From assembly GCA_046546105.1 (NCBI GenBank), contig JBKGYN010000004.1, forward strand, positions 1 to 61,883: DNA of 61,883 bases, read 5' to 3'. The position numbers and the translations under genes are program-made. Shown here piece after piece: positions 47,908 through 57,956 of this stretch; position 1 is the stretch's first letter, and each line of letters begins with the position of its first letter. Origin of the DNA: Candidatus Woesearchaeota archaeon. Its GTDB lineage: Archaea; Nanobdellota; Nanobdellia; Woesearchaeales; SKGA01. The notes beneath the pieces were generated by a model. It searched no databases. It was not told where the DNA came from and saw nothing but the letters and a program-made list of their open reading frames with translations.

Positions 47908-47949
47908 AGTCGCAGAGCTTAAAATACCGGTCAGAGAACAACTCATAGT

Positions 47950-48945
47950 ATGAAAAGCTGCTGGAAACGGACGATACTCTATGCAAGCCTGATACTCGGA
48001 TACTTATTCTTTCTCTTCTTGACTACAGGAACTTTCTCCACACAGGCTCACGAGACGAGTTTTGTCGATAACGGCTCTACACATTTTTTCAGCTGCTCGG
48101 ACCACGACTGCGCGTATCTGCTCAACACGCTACTCAACAATTCAAGAGAAGCGAGATGTGCCTTCTATGATATTGACACGAGTATTATAACATTACCTGC
48201 ACATGCTAAAACACTCATCTATGACGAGAACTTCAACACCGCATCAGGATCTGGGAGTGAACCAGTTGGAAGCAACGGGCTCATGCACCACAAATTCTGC
48301 ATCTTCGATAACAGAACAGTCCTTACAGGAACGTGGAATCCTACCTACAGGGGAACATACGTCAATGATAATGCCATCATACTACTGCAATCAGATGTCA
48401 TAGCGAAACTCTACAATCGTGAATATACACGATTGGAACAAAGAACTGGTGAACAGAAAGGAACGAATATCCATGCCAAAGAGACCTACAGGATAAACCT
48501 ATCCGGAAGACAAATCAATTTATGTTTCAGCCCAGTACAGGATTGTGAAAGGATGCTCATAACACAACTTGAAAACTCTCAAAACACGATACGCATACTT
48601 GCTTTCATGTTCACAAGCGACGCAGTCGGTGAAGCCCTTGAACGATTGTCATCGAATATAAAAATACAAGGAGTGTTTGAAGCGACCGGAGTATCACGCT
48701 ATAGCGAATTCGATACACTCGTGAAAGCAGGAGCTGACATCATCAGAGACGGGAATCCCGGCTTCATGCATGAGAAGATGATGATTATCGATAATAAGAC
48801 AATACTAATAGGCTCTTATAACCCGACCAAGAATGCAAGGAAACGAAATGATGAGAACCTGCTGGCTATCACCGATCAAACGGTCGCGAGGGATGCTCTG
48901 AAAGAATATGACCGGATAGTGCTGGAAGCGCGTGCGAATCAGTGA
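47950..48945 (+). CDS. Phospholipase D-like nuclease/lipase with two HKD motifs
   Basis: MHHKFCIFD...TGTWN and MHEKMMIID...IGSYN; N-terminal TM. Confidence 0.9.
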   Translation: MKSCWKRTILYASLILGYLFFLFLTTGTFSTQAHETSFVDNGSTHFFSCSDHDCAYLLNTLLNNSREARCAFYDIDTSIITLPAHAKTLIYDENFNTASGSGSEPVGSNGLMHHKFCIFDNRTVLTGTWNPTYRGTYVNDNAIILLQSDVIAKLYNREYTRLEQRTGEQKGTNIHAKETYRINLSGRQINLCFSPVQDCERMLITQLENSQNTIRILAFMFTSDAVGEALERLSSNIKIQGVFEATGVSRYSEFDTLVKAGADIIRDGNPGFMHEKMMIIDNKTILIGSYNPTKNARKRNDENLLAITDQTVARDALKEYDRIVLEARANQ

Positions 48946-49060
48946 AACACATCGACACTTTTAAATGAATCTGCCTGCGCCATTGTCGCGTGCACGAATT
49001 CCGGACGGAGCCAGCCACTACATAACAATAAGCTTTAAATACTATTTATTGCTTGTTACC

Positions 49061-49182
49061 CAGTGTGCAGTGGTTGAGAGCTTTCTGCATGGAGAGAGGG
49101 AAGAATAACAGGGGTGTAAGCTGCCTTGCCCGGATTCTCAAGCATCTGACAAGGTGGCTTTTTCCTTCTCCGATCAATACTG
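49061..49182 (+). ncRNA. Candidate structured RNA/5' leader with loop-loop pairing
   Basis: TATA at about 49034; five stems and complementary loops TTGAGA/TCTCAA. Confidence 0.6.
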
Positions 49183-49209
49183 ATCACAACTATAGTGGAG
49201 GAAGAAAAC

Positions 49210-49725
49210 ATGGCAATCTTGAACTTTGGATTCACAAAGATCAATGTGGAAAAACACAAAAAACCGACTAATCAAGTAAACATCCAATCAGGTCTTAACA
49301 TCAAGGATGTCAAGGAATCAGATGTAGTGAAAGGAACCAAACAAAGAGCATTCTCTATCATATTCTCATTTGAGACAAAGTACGAACCGGACGTGGGTAA
49401 TATCGATCTTGAGGGAGAACTGCTTTATCTCGCTGATGAAGAGACTGCTACTGATATCGAGAACACCTGGAAAGAAAAGAAATCATTACCTAAAGATATC
49501 GCGCTAAAGATTTTCAACAAGATTCTGCACCATTGCAATGTGGAAGCACTAATCCTGAGCAAGGAGATCAACCTTCCGCCACCAATTCAGATGCCTAAGA
49601 TCAAGGACCAGCAAGGTGGTCAGGATAAAGGCGAGCAGGAGAAAAAGACCGCTCAAAAACATGGCGCTGATAAGAATACTGCTAAAAAGCAAGGTGCTGA
49701 CAAGCAGGAAGCCGATAAGAAATAA
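49210..49725 (+). CDS. Conserved archaeal protein, possibly SecB-like fold
   Basis: FGFTKINVEK, FETKYEP, IDLEGEL, LPPPI; GGAGG RBS; start moved to ATG 49210. Confidence 0.55.
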   Translation: MAILNFGFTKINVEKHKKPTNQVNIQSGLNIKDVKESDVVKGTKQRAFSIIFSFETKYEPDVGNIDLEGELLYLADEETATDIENTWKEKKSLPKDIALKIFNKILHHCNVEALILSKEINLPPPIQMPKIKDQQGGQDKGEQEKKTAQKHGADKNTAKKQGADKQEADKK

Positions 49726-49879
49726 TCCTCTTTTGTTTTTCACTTTCTTTATTTTACCAGAAATTTCTCTCGTGTTTCCGCGTTCCATAACTTATAAGAA
49801 TGAGAACAACTTTTTACAATAAGCGTTTTCCAACATATGGGAAAACCATGCATGTATCGAACCCACTGGTGTAATCACT

Positions 49880-52111
49880 ATGACAGAAGACCAGAAAATC
49901 CATCTAAAAGTCGTTGAAGCAATACAAGAAGATGTCAACAAAGGCATTGTCAGGCTTGATAGCTCATATATGAGGAAGATCAAGGTCAAACCAGGAGATT
50001 TCGTCTCCATCACAGGAGAAAGAGCTACTGTGGCAGTGGTAGAACGATCGCTGCCGGGAGATATCGGACTGAATATCATCCGGATGGATGGTCTTGTCAG
50101 GCGAAACGCAAAAACCAGTATCGGCGAATATGTCACTGTAGAGCAAGCAGATGTCAAGCCTGCAAATAAGGTGACGATAGCCCCGGCAAGGGAAGGGATC
50201 AAGATAAAGGTTGATAACCCTGTCTTCTTCAACAGGGCACTGCTCTCGAGAGCGATGCAAAAGGGTGATCTCATATCTCTTGGAGGAAGCTTCTCACGCT
50301 TCGGGCTTGGTGATATCAAGTTCATCACAGTGGAGACCGATCCAAAAAAAGTTCCTGTCGTCGTTACAGAAGATACACAAGTCGAATGCCTCAGTGAAGC
50401 GGTCGAACTCAAGGAAGAACCGGATGTTCCGGAAGTGTCCTACGAAGATATCGGCGGACTTGGTGAAGAAGTCAAGAAAGTCAGGGAGATGGTTGAGCTG
50501 CCACTGAAGCACCCGGAACTTTTCGAACGACTCGGTATCGAACCACCAAAAGGAGTGCTCCTGCACGGGCCACCTGGAACGGGTAAAACGCTCCTTGCAA
50601 AAGCTGTAGCCAACGAGACAAATAGTAACTTCTATGTTATCAACGGTCCTGAAATCATGAGCAAGTTCTACGGCCAGTCCGAAGAGAATCTGCGAAAGAT
50701 TTTCGAGGAAGCGGAAGAGAACGCGCCATCAATCATCTTCATTGATGAGATCGATGCAATCGCACCGAAACGTGAAGAATCCAAAGGCGAGGTAGAACGA
50801 CGGGTAGTCGCACAGCTTCTCGCTATCATGGATGGTCTGAACACAAGAGGAAAAGTCGTTGTCATGGCAGCGACGAACATCGTCAATTCCATTGACCAAG
50901 CACTACGACGACCAGGACGATTCGATAGGGAGATAGAGATAGGTGTCCCGTCGGTAGAAGGCAGGCACAATGTTCTCAAAATCCATACGCGAAACATGCC
51001 CTTGTCAAAAGATGTCAACCTGGAAGAACTATCAAGAATAACACACGGTTTCGTCGGTGCGGACCTGGCAGCACTATCTAAAGAGGCGGCGATGGTAGTC
51101 CTCCGACGATTACTGCCTGATCTCAAGCTCAGCGAGGAAGATTCCATCCCTCAAGAAGTGCTTGACAAAGTAGAGATCAGGAAAGCGGACTTCTACGAAG
51201 CGCTCAAGTCAGTACGACCGAGCGCGATGAGAGAAGTGCTCGTCCAGACTCCTAATGTCAAATACGACGATATAGGAGGCTTGAAAGAAGTCAAGCAGGA
51301 ACTCATCGAAGCGGTCGAATGGCCGCTCAAGCACAAGAAACAATTCCAAAAGCTCGGGGTGAAACCGCCTAAAGGGGTTCTTCTTTATGGACCTCCGGGA
51401 ACAGGTAAGACACTGCTTGCGAAAGCTGTTGCAAAGGAGAGTGAAGCCAATTTCATAGCAGTCAAAGGGCCCGAGCTCCTTTCCAAGTGGGTGAATGAGA
51501 CGCCGCAGCTTGTAAAGAAACTTTTCGAGAAAGCACGACAGGTAGCACCATCAATCATCTTCATTGATGAGATCGATGCTATTACCGCTAATCGTAGCTC
51601 TTCTGAAGGAGGTTCAGGCACTGACAGCGGCATGAACGCTGTCAACCAGCTTCTCACGGAACTTGATGGTCTACAGGAGCTTAACGATGTCGTCGTCATC
51701 GCAGCGACTAACCGGCCGGATGTCATGGATACGGCACTCCTTCGACCAGGACGATTCGATCGTATCATACTCGTCGGTGTTCCTGACAAGAAGGCTCGGG
51801 AAGCGGTCTTCAATGTCCATCTCAAGAACATGAAACTCGCTGAAGACGTTGATGTCGACGATCTCGTTGATCGTACGGAAGGATATGTCGGAGCTGACAT
51901 CGAAGCGATTTGCCGTGAAGCGGTCATGATCGAGATGAGAAAAGACGTTGAGGCAGAGACGATCACGAAAGACTCCTTTGACAAGGCACTCGAGAAGGTC
52001 AGGCCAAGCGCTACGAAGGATATCCAGGATGCTTATGAAGAGCTTCAGGACCAGTTCTCAAGCGCAAAAGGAAAACAGATGAAAGCCCAGAAACCAAGCT
52101 ATTACGGCTGA
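49880..52111 (+). CDS. cdc48: CDC48/VCP AAA+ ATPase
   Basis: Two GPPGTGKT Walker A motifs, [17 protein letters not shown]-domain. Confidence 0.97.
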   Translation: MTEDQKIHLKVVEAIQEDVNKGIVRLDSSYMRKIKVKPGDFVSITGERATVAVVERSLPGDIGLNIIRMDGLVRRNAKTSIGEYVTVEQADVKPANKVTIAPAREGIKIKVDNPVFFNRALLSRAMQKGDLISLGGSFSRFGLGDIKFITVETDPKKVPVVVTEDTQVECLSEAVELKEEPDVPEVSYEDIGGLGEEVKKVREMVELPLKHPELFERLGIEPPKGVLLHGPPGTGKTLLAKAVANETNSNFYVINGPEIMSKFYGQSEENLRKIFEEAEENAPSIIFIDEIDAIAPKREESKGEVERRVVAQLLAIMDGLNTRGKVVVMAATNIVNSIDQALRRPGRFDREIEIGVPSVEGRHNVLKIHTRNMPLSKDVNLEELSRITHGFVGADLAALSKEAAMVVLRRLLPDLKLSEEDSIPQEVLDKVEIRKADFYEALKSVRPSAMREVLVQTPNVKYDDIGGLKEVKQELIEAVEWPLKHKKQFQKLGVKPPKGVLLYGPPGTGKTLLAKAVAKESEANFIAVKGPELLSKWVNETPQLVKKLFEKARQVAPSIIFIDEIDAITANRSSSEGGSGTDSGMNAVNQLLTELDGLQELNDVVVIAATNRPDVMDTALLRPGRFDRIILVGVPDKKAREAVFNVHLKNMKLAEDVDVDDLVDRTEGYVGADIEAICREAVMIEMRKDVEAETITKDSFDKALEKVRPSATKDIQDAYEELQDQFSSAKGKQMKAQKPSYYG

Positions 52112-52122
52112 TTTTTTATTTT

Positions 52123-53040
52123 TTATTTGTTCATGAGATGATCGATGGTTTCAATAACTTCCTGTTCTTTTGTTTTTTCACGGTTTATATCTAGCTTTTG
52201 ATGGTCATTTTTCCCGTAGCTCCGCACTATATTCATGATTCTATCTTTAACTTCATAATCAGGAACGGTCTCAAAATCTTCAGAAATCCAAGATAGGGTT
52301 GTTGTTTCCGTGTACATATTTTCAATTGATGGTTTCTGTTCTTCTCCTATTATCAAAGAAGGTTCTTCCAGTCCATAAACTATCTTCTTTTCGGAAGTAT
52401 AATCAAATTCAGATTCTGGCTTGAATACCACGGGTTTTTTCATCAGGCAGTACGGTTCTTCAGATGTCAGTATAAAATGTTCGTCTGGTATGTTTCTGAT
52501 CCGATCATACATATGTTCTAATCTACGTTCGATATCAAGAAATTCTTTTTCTTCAGGTATTGTCAATGCATATCCTGCTCGTCCAGCATCATCGAACAAA
52601 GTTTCAGCGAGCCTTACGAAATACGTGGCCTTCCATTCATCAACTGTCTTGATCTCCTTTTCAGCTTCCCGGCCGATAAGCGCGGAATGAAAGTATATTC
52701 TCGCAAACCGTTCATAATCATAAATTGATACTTGAAGATGACTATTGGTTTTGTCATCGACTTCTTCTGTAATGCCTTCAATCGCTTTGTCCACTATTTT
52801 ATTATATTGTTTGTATTTCTTATTTATTGTTCTGAGATTTCGTTTATGTTCTTTGATATTTGCTTGTTCTTGTTTTTTGGAAACGATGGGAAAATAATTT
52901 TCCTTCAATGCACTCTTAGAACTTCTCTTTTGTTCAATTTCCCTTTGGTACAGAGTATTATGTGCATCTGTTAATCTTTCCTTAAGAGAGTCTCTAGCTT
53001 CTGACAACGAATTTGCGTTGAATTCATTGAAAAAAACCAT
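52123..53040 (-). CDS. Hypothetical protein in AT-rich island
   Basis: 305-aa ORF; no recognised motif. Confidence 0.7.
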   Translation of the reverse strand: MVFFNEFNANSLSEARDSLKERLTDAHNTLYQREIEQKRSSKSALKENYFPIVSKKQEQANIKEHKRNLRTINKKYKQYNKIVDKAIEGITEEVDDKTNSHLQVSIYDYERFARIYFHSALIGREAEKEIKTVDEWKATYFVRLAETLFDDAGRAGYALTIPEEKEFLDIERRLEHMYDRIRNIPDEHFILTSEEPYCLMKKPVVFKPESEFDYTSEKKIVYGLEEPSLIIGEEQKPSIENMYTETTTLSWISEDFETVPDYEVKDRIMNIVRSYGKNDHQKLDINREKTKEQEVIETIDHLMNK

Positions 53041-53088
53041 TACTTAATATCATGAAATCATAAGCAACGCTGTAGATGGGAATCTGTA

Positions 53089-53235
53089 ATGAAAGTTCGA
53101 AAATCTGTTCTATATATAACTTTGAATAATCTAAGAAGAACGGGTTTTCTTCCTTGGTTCGTAGTGGCATTTTTCGTTATTGTTCTGGTTATACTTTTTA
53201 TTATTTTGATTATGGATCGTAGAAAAATTTATTAA
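53089..53235 (+). CDS. Small single-TM protein (48 aa), not in the ORF track
   Basis: ATG 53089 to TAA 53235: MKVRKSVLYITLNNLRRTGFLPWFVVAFFVIVLVILFIILIMDRRKIY. Confidence 0.45.
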   Translation: MKVRKSVLYITLNNLRRTGFLPWFVVAFFVIVLVILFIILIMDRRKIY

Positions 53236-53278
53236 TTAATAAGTATTTGATATTAGTAAATAATTTTTTTCGTGGTGA

Positions 53279-53560
53279 ATGATGGACTACTCAAAACCCT
53301 CGCCAAACTTGAATACGATATTGATGGTTGAACATACTCTCAAAGAAATGGATGAATCGGTCATTTCAGTGGCTAAGCTGAAAAAGAAGTTGCCAAAACA
53401 AGTCAATCATCAGATTCTGATGGCGGTTCTAGACTATCTGGAAGAAAGCAATAAGATTCACATAGGAACAAAAGGAATTTCATGGATACATTCCTCGCCA
53501 GAAGCACTACATCAGATGCTGCTTCGAAGTACTTCGTGGAATGATCTGGTCAAAGAGTGA
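53279..53560 (+). CDS. Winged-helix protein, putative antitoxin/regulator
   Basis: PNLNTILMVE...LPKQV...LDYLEESNKI...ISWI; directly upstream of the RelE-like gene. Confidence 0.6.
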   Translation: MMDYSKPSPNLNTILMVEHTLKEMDESVISVAKLKKKLPKQVNHQILMAVLDYLEESNKIHIGTKGISWIHSSPEALHQMLLRSTSWNDLVKE

Positions 53561-53647
53561 TTGGTGTCTCATGTCTTTATCTGCACTCGAAAGATTTCCG
53601 GAGAAACCAGAATAATTGTTTTTAATAATTTATAATCTCGCTTCTTT

Positions 53648-53975
53648 ATGGTCAAAAAGAATGTATATGTTGAGTTTGAACCTCGTGCGAAGAAAGTGTA
53701 TCTTGAATTGTGTAACATCAAATAAGAAACAAAATAAGATTCTGTACAAAGCCATAAATGAAAAGATACGATTTATCCAACAAGATGTGCATTATGGCGA
53801 ACCTATCTCGAAGAAACTGATTCCTCATCCAAAAAATATTTCTAATCTGTTCTGGGTGAAACTACCGTTCGGCTGGAGAATGCTCTATACATTGAAAGGT
53901 AACGAAGTAGAAATCATTGCATTTGTCATTGATGTTCTCGACCATAAAGAATACGAGCGTCTGTTCGGTTATTGA
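53648..53975 (+). pseudogene. RelE/ParE-like toxin with +1 frameshift
   Basis: MVKKNVYVEFEPRAKKVYLEL stops early; deleting one T at about 53711 joins it to ...YGEPISKKLIP...NLFWVKLPFGWRMLY...DHKEYERLFGY. Confidence 0.65.
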
Positions 53976-54166
53976 ATGCCTAATATTTATAAATGAGTCC
54001 GTATTTGTCTCTATCCATATGACTACTTACAATTCCGTCAAGGGAAGAAGTTAAACAGTCACTCTCGTTCTTATCAGCTGTAGGTATAACGTTTTCACAC
54101 GGTATTTTTTTTCTCATATTCGGTTTCGCATCAATCTCACACGATAACAAGAAGGTATATTTCACG

Positions 54167-55129
54167 ATGGCATATGTAAAGGATTTCAACTGGACGCAAG
54201 GCATGACGGTCAAGGACCTCGTCGATAACTACAACACTATAGGATTCCAATCCGTCGAGCTCAAGAAAGCAAGCGATGTTTTTGTCAAGATGAAAAAGAC
54301 AAATGCAAAAACTTATTTGACGTTCACCTCGAACATGGTAACCTCGGGACTTCGAGGGTTTTTCGCACAACTCATCAAGCTCGGCATGGCAGACGTGCTG
54401 GTCACGACAGCAGGGGGTATTGAAGAGGATATCATGAAAGCGAAAGGGAATCGTTTCAGGATCGGAACGTTCTCGCAAGATGATGTCGAACTCCACGAGC
54501 AAGGCGTCAACAGGGTCGGAAATCTCATGATCGAGAACGAAAGCTACATGCACTTCGAGGATACTATCAAGCCGATGCTCAAGAAACTTTATGAAAAGCA
54601 GAAGCGATGGACGGTCTCAGAACTGCTCAAGGAGATCGGACTGCAACTCGATGACGAGAATTCAATACTCTGCCAGGCAGCAAGAAACGACACCCCTATT
54701 TTCTGCCCGGCGATTACAGACGGTGGCATAGGATTCCACTTGTATCTCTTCCAACAGGATCACAAGGATTTCATTGTCGATACGGTCAAGGACTTCGGGA
54801 ACATACTGTTCACCTCCACATACGATGAAGAAAAGGCGGTCATCGCACTCGGCGGCAGCATCTCAAAACACCATGCGATCCTTGCAACACTGCTCAACGG
54901 CGGAGCGAGCTATGCGGTGTACCTGACAACAGCACAGCGAACAAGCGGCTCGATGAGCGGAGCGACAACCAATGAGGCAAAGTCATGGGGGAAAGTCAAG
55001 GACGAGAGTGATGTCGCCACAGTCATCGGCGATGTCACGATCACATTCCCCATAGCGATGATCAACGCCCTTGAGGAGCTTGCAGCAGACGGTATTATTG
55101 AACCAGTACAGGCAAACACGGGTGAGTGA
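54167..55129 (+). CDS. dys: Deoxyhypusine synthase family protein
   Basis: LTFTSNMVTSGLR, VTTAGGIEED, PAITDG, EAKSWGK catalytic Lys. Confidence 0.93.
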   Translation: MAYVKDFNWTQGMTVKDLVDNYNTIGFQSVELKKASDVFVKMKKTNAKTYLTFTSNMVTSGLRGFFAQLIKLGMADVLVTTAGGIEEDIMKAKGNRFRIGTFSQDDVELHEQGVNRVGNLMIENESYMHFEDTIKPMLKKLYEKQKRWTVSELLKEIGLQLDDENSILCQAARNDTPIFCPAITDGGIGFHLYLFQQDHKDFIVDTVKDFGNILFTSTYDEEKAVIALGGSISKHHAILATLLNGGASYAVYLTTAQRTSGSMSGATTNEAKSWGKVKDESDVATVIGDVTITFPIAMINALEELAADGIIEPVQANTGE

Positions 55130-56169
55130 ACATGGAACGCGCGCACTTCACACTTTCAAAAAGCGTCATCCTCGACCAATACGATCACGTCGAGAAGATA
55201 AGCGACGTGGTCTCTTACAGCTCGAAAACAAATCCTAACGTCACGCCGATACTTGAAGAAAATACGGGGTGTTTCTTTAGCCTTCATCTGACAAACGAAC
55301 TCGAGAATGTCAAAGACATGTCACGAGTCCTCTTTCTCGCGCAAGGATTGGATGAACACCTGCTTGGCGAACTGTTCAACAAGGGGATACGAAACATTGC
55401 TATAGACAACGAGTACGATCTCAAGCAATTCAAAAAGTATCTGGATACTCACGATGCGCATGTCGAGCGGCTGTTCCTGCGCATGAAACTCAAAGAACGA
55501 TCACTGCGCACAGAGAAATACTTCGTTTTCGGTATGGAATCGACACGGGTCAACGAGGAGATCAGAGAACTCTGGGCGACAGAAAAGATCGCATCACTTG
55601 GAGTGCACGTCCATCGGAAGACGCAAAATATCGCTGAATGGAATCTCAAAGAAGACTTATATGAGTATCTGGATGAAGATGTCCTCGAGATACTGGATGT
55701 CATCAACATCGGCGGAGGACTGCCCGCACTCTATGCGAACACGAACCAAAAAGTCTTCAAGGGAATATTCAGGCGGATCAAGGAATTCAAAGATCTACTG
55801 AGTGAGAAGAATATCAAGCTTATGGTAGAACCCGGACGCTACATCGCAGCACCGGCAGGAAAACTCCGCACGAGAATCATGGCGAAGTATGAGAACAACA
55901 TCATCCTCAACGCCTCGGTGTACAACAGCGACATGGACGCGCTCATCGTACCGGTGAAACTACTGGTCGAAGGAGAGCTTGAGAACGGAAAGGGAGAATC
56001 TTATGTGCTCAAGGGAAAGACACCGTGCTCGATGGATCTCTTCAGATACAAAGTATTTCTCGATAACCCTGAGATTGGCGATGAGATCGTATTCCTGAAC
56101 GCAGGCGCGTATAATTTCACGACGGATTTCTGCAACCTAGAAACGATCGAGACGAAGGTGGTGGAATAA
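55126..56169 (+). CDS. PLP-dependent fold-III basic amino acid decarboxylase (Orn/Arg/Lys/DAP family)
   Basis: YSSKTN PLP lysine, INIGGG, EPGRY, FLNAGAY. Confidence 0.85.
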   Translation: MNMERAHFTLSKSVILDQYDHVEKISDVVSYSSKTNPNVTPILEENTGCFFSLHLTNELENVKDMSRVLFLAQGLDEHLLGELFNKGIRNIAIDNEYDLKQFKKYLDTHDAHVERLFLRMKLKERSLRTEKYFVFGMESTRVNEEIRELWATEKIASLGVHVHRKTQNIAEWNLKEDLYEYLDEDVLEILDVINIGGGLPALYANTNQKVFKGIFRRIKEFKDLLSEKNIKLMVEPGRYIAAPAGKLRTRIMAKYENNIILNASVYNSDMDALIVPVKLLVEGELENGKGESYVLKGKTPCSMDLFRYKVFLDNPEIGDEIVFLNAGAYNFTTDFCNLETIETKVVE

Positions 56170-56171
56170 CG

Positions 56172-56957
56172 ATGGTCAAGATACTCTCGATACCCTTTGA
56201 CGCGGCAGGGCTCGGCCACGGGCAAGGAGCACGGCACGCGCCGGAAACCATCAGGAAACGACTCGACGAACTCTATGCCACAGAAAATGGACACGAACCT
56301 GTTTTCGAGCACGAGGATGTCAGTGTCGATAACAGCAACGTGACAGACAGCCACGAAGCGATAGAACGACATGTTGCAGGTGTTGAGAACAAGGCGATCC
56401 TTCTCGGAGGAGATCATTCGATCAGCTATCCGGCAATCAAAGGGTTTGCACGGAACAACAAGGATTTCAAGCTTATCGTGTTTGATGCACATCCTGACAC
56501 GGTCAATGATTTCAAGCCACCGACTCAAGAGGATTACCTGAGAGTGCTCGTGGAAAAAGGCATCGTCAAGCCCGAACACATCATGCTCATCGGCATCCGC
56601 AATTGGGATCGGGTAGAAAAAGATTATCTTGACAAGAATGGAATACGGTATTTCACGTGCAAAGAGATGTTTGAGAAAGGAATCAAAGCAGTCGCCGAAG
56701 AGATCACGCGGTTTGCAGATAGAACGACATATATCTCCTTCGATATCGATGTCGTCGATCCGGTGGAAGCGATAGGAACCGGTTATCTTGAACATGGCGG
56801 TCTTAGTTCGAGAGAAGCGATACACCTCGTGCAGATGATAGTGGCAACAGGGCATGTGGGCATGGCTGATGTCGTAGAAGTGAATCCTGAAAAAGATGTC
56901 AAGGAGATGACCTCGGCGCTCGCTGCAAAAATTGTCATGGAACTCAGCGAGATGTAA
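56172..56957 (+). CDS. speB: Agmatinase / arginase family
   Basis: GGDHSI, FDAHPD, SFDIDVVD, EVNP. Confidence 0.88.
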   Translation: MVKILSIPFDAAGLGHGQGARHAPETIRKRLDELYATENGHEPVFEHEDVSVDNSNVTDSHEAIERHVAGVENKAILLGGDHSISYPAIKGFARNNKDFKLIVFDAHPDTVNDFKPPTQEDYLRVLVEKGIVKPEHIMLIGIRNWDRVEKDYLDKNGIRYFTCKEMFEKGIKAVAEEITRFADRTTYISFDIDVVDPVEAIGTGYLEHGGLSSREAIHLVQMIVATGHVGMADVVEVNPEKDVKEMTSALAAKIVMELSEM

Positions 56958-56972
56958 ATAGCAGCGGTGGAA

Positions 56973-57827
56973 TCATTTCTTATACGAGCTGAGTATGCTG
57001 AATAATTCCCTGTAAAGCTCGTTTATCTGACGCGTGTTCTTTGCACCTTCTGCTCTGAACGGAAAGAGTGGTATGTTCGTCTGCTTTTCCAATCGTTTCT
57101 TGTGGTCCATCAACGGATCCTGGTAAATGCCATCGGTTCTGATTCTTGGTTGTGTTCCATGTTTCCGCTTGTTATACTGGCCGATTGACAAGACAAGATC
57201 GCTCTCTGTTTCTTGGTCATTTCCCTGTAGCATCTTCAGCGTCGGCATGTGTTGGTGGACGTATTTCTTGTTCGCTTCATTGATGATGTCTTCTGATGAT
57301 TTATACTCATCACCAGCCACAAGACTCAACAGCATGAAATCAAGTTTTTTGTCATTGTCAGAATTCTGTCTCAAATACATATTATGAACGATCGGCTTGA
57401 GGTTCAAAGGATTATGTTGCCGAATCGTTTCAACAGCTTCATCATGTATCATCACCAATTCAGAAGCGGCCTCGCGTGGATGATAATGCTTCGGGTTTGT
57501 AATGTTGAGAATGGGAATGTTATTCGTTGCAGTGAGATACGTTCCCAGTTTGTCGTGCATCTCCACTTCTTTGAAATATGATGTGGTATTCGCGTTGTTG
57601 ATGTTTATACCTATCTGGAAATTATTACCTTTTTCCATGCTCTTCATTTCATCAGCTACTTCTTTGAAATCAAGAACGTCCAACAGGTTGATGTACGTGT
57701 TCTGGAGAATGATCTTTTGCTCTAAGTCAGCCTCGTCCAAGCCATGTTCTTGCTTCATGGATTCTTTATCAAAGCCGTGTGCGGCTAACATTTGCCATCC
57801 GACAGGGTCAATATCATCAAATACCAT
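56973..57827 (-). CDS. Hypothetical protein
   Basis: 284-aa ORF; no recognised motif. Confidence 0.7.
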   Translation of the reverse strand: MVFDDIDPVGWQMLAAHGFDKESMKQEHGLDEADLEQKIILQNTYINLLDVLDFKEVADEMKSMEKGNNFQIGININNANTTSYFKEVEMHDKLGTYLTATNNIPILNITNPKHYHPREAASELVMIHDEAVETIRQHNPLNLKPIVHNMYLRQNSDNDKKLDFMLLSLVAGDEYKSSEDIINEANKKYVHQHMPTLKMLQGNDQETESDLVLSIGQYNKRKHGTQPRIRTDGIYQDPLMDHKKRLEKQTNIPLFPFRAEGAKNTRQINELYRELFSILSSYKK

Positions 57828-57956
57828 TATCCTTCAACTTCAAGTATATCATAATAATATAAAAAGTTTCTATTTGTAACTATTGTTAAGTAATTAAAAT
57901 ATGTTGTTTTGAAAACAATTATAAATAAGAAGATGTCGGGTGTATGATAGGTTGGT

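Noticed and set aside
49061-49182. 5S rRNA or RNase P RNA
   Set aside because: It lacks the 5S loop C consensus (CCGAAC) and the RNase P GAGGAAAGUCC region, despite a 5S-like length.
50668-51984. Long antisense ORFs within cdc48, and similar ones within ppsA, leuS and gatE
   Set aside because: They are codon-bias shadows of conserved genes, with no independent motifs or RBS.
49880-52111. Intein in cdc48 (also checked in ppsA and flaI)
   Set aside because: Lengths are normal, and no C/S...HN-C/S/T splice motifs or LAGLIDADG-like insert were seen.
53980-54213. Minus-strand 77-aa ORF
   Set aside because: It overlaps the dys start and promoter, has no motif, and is more likely chance in AT-rich DNA.
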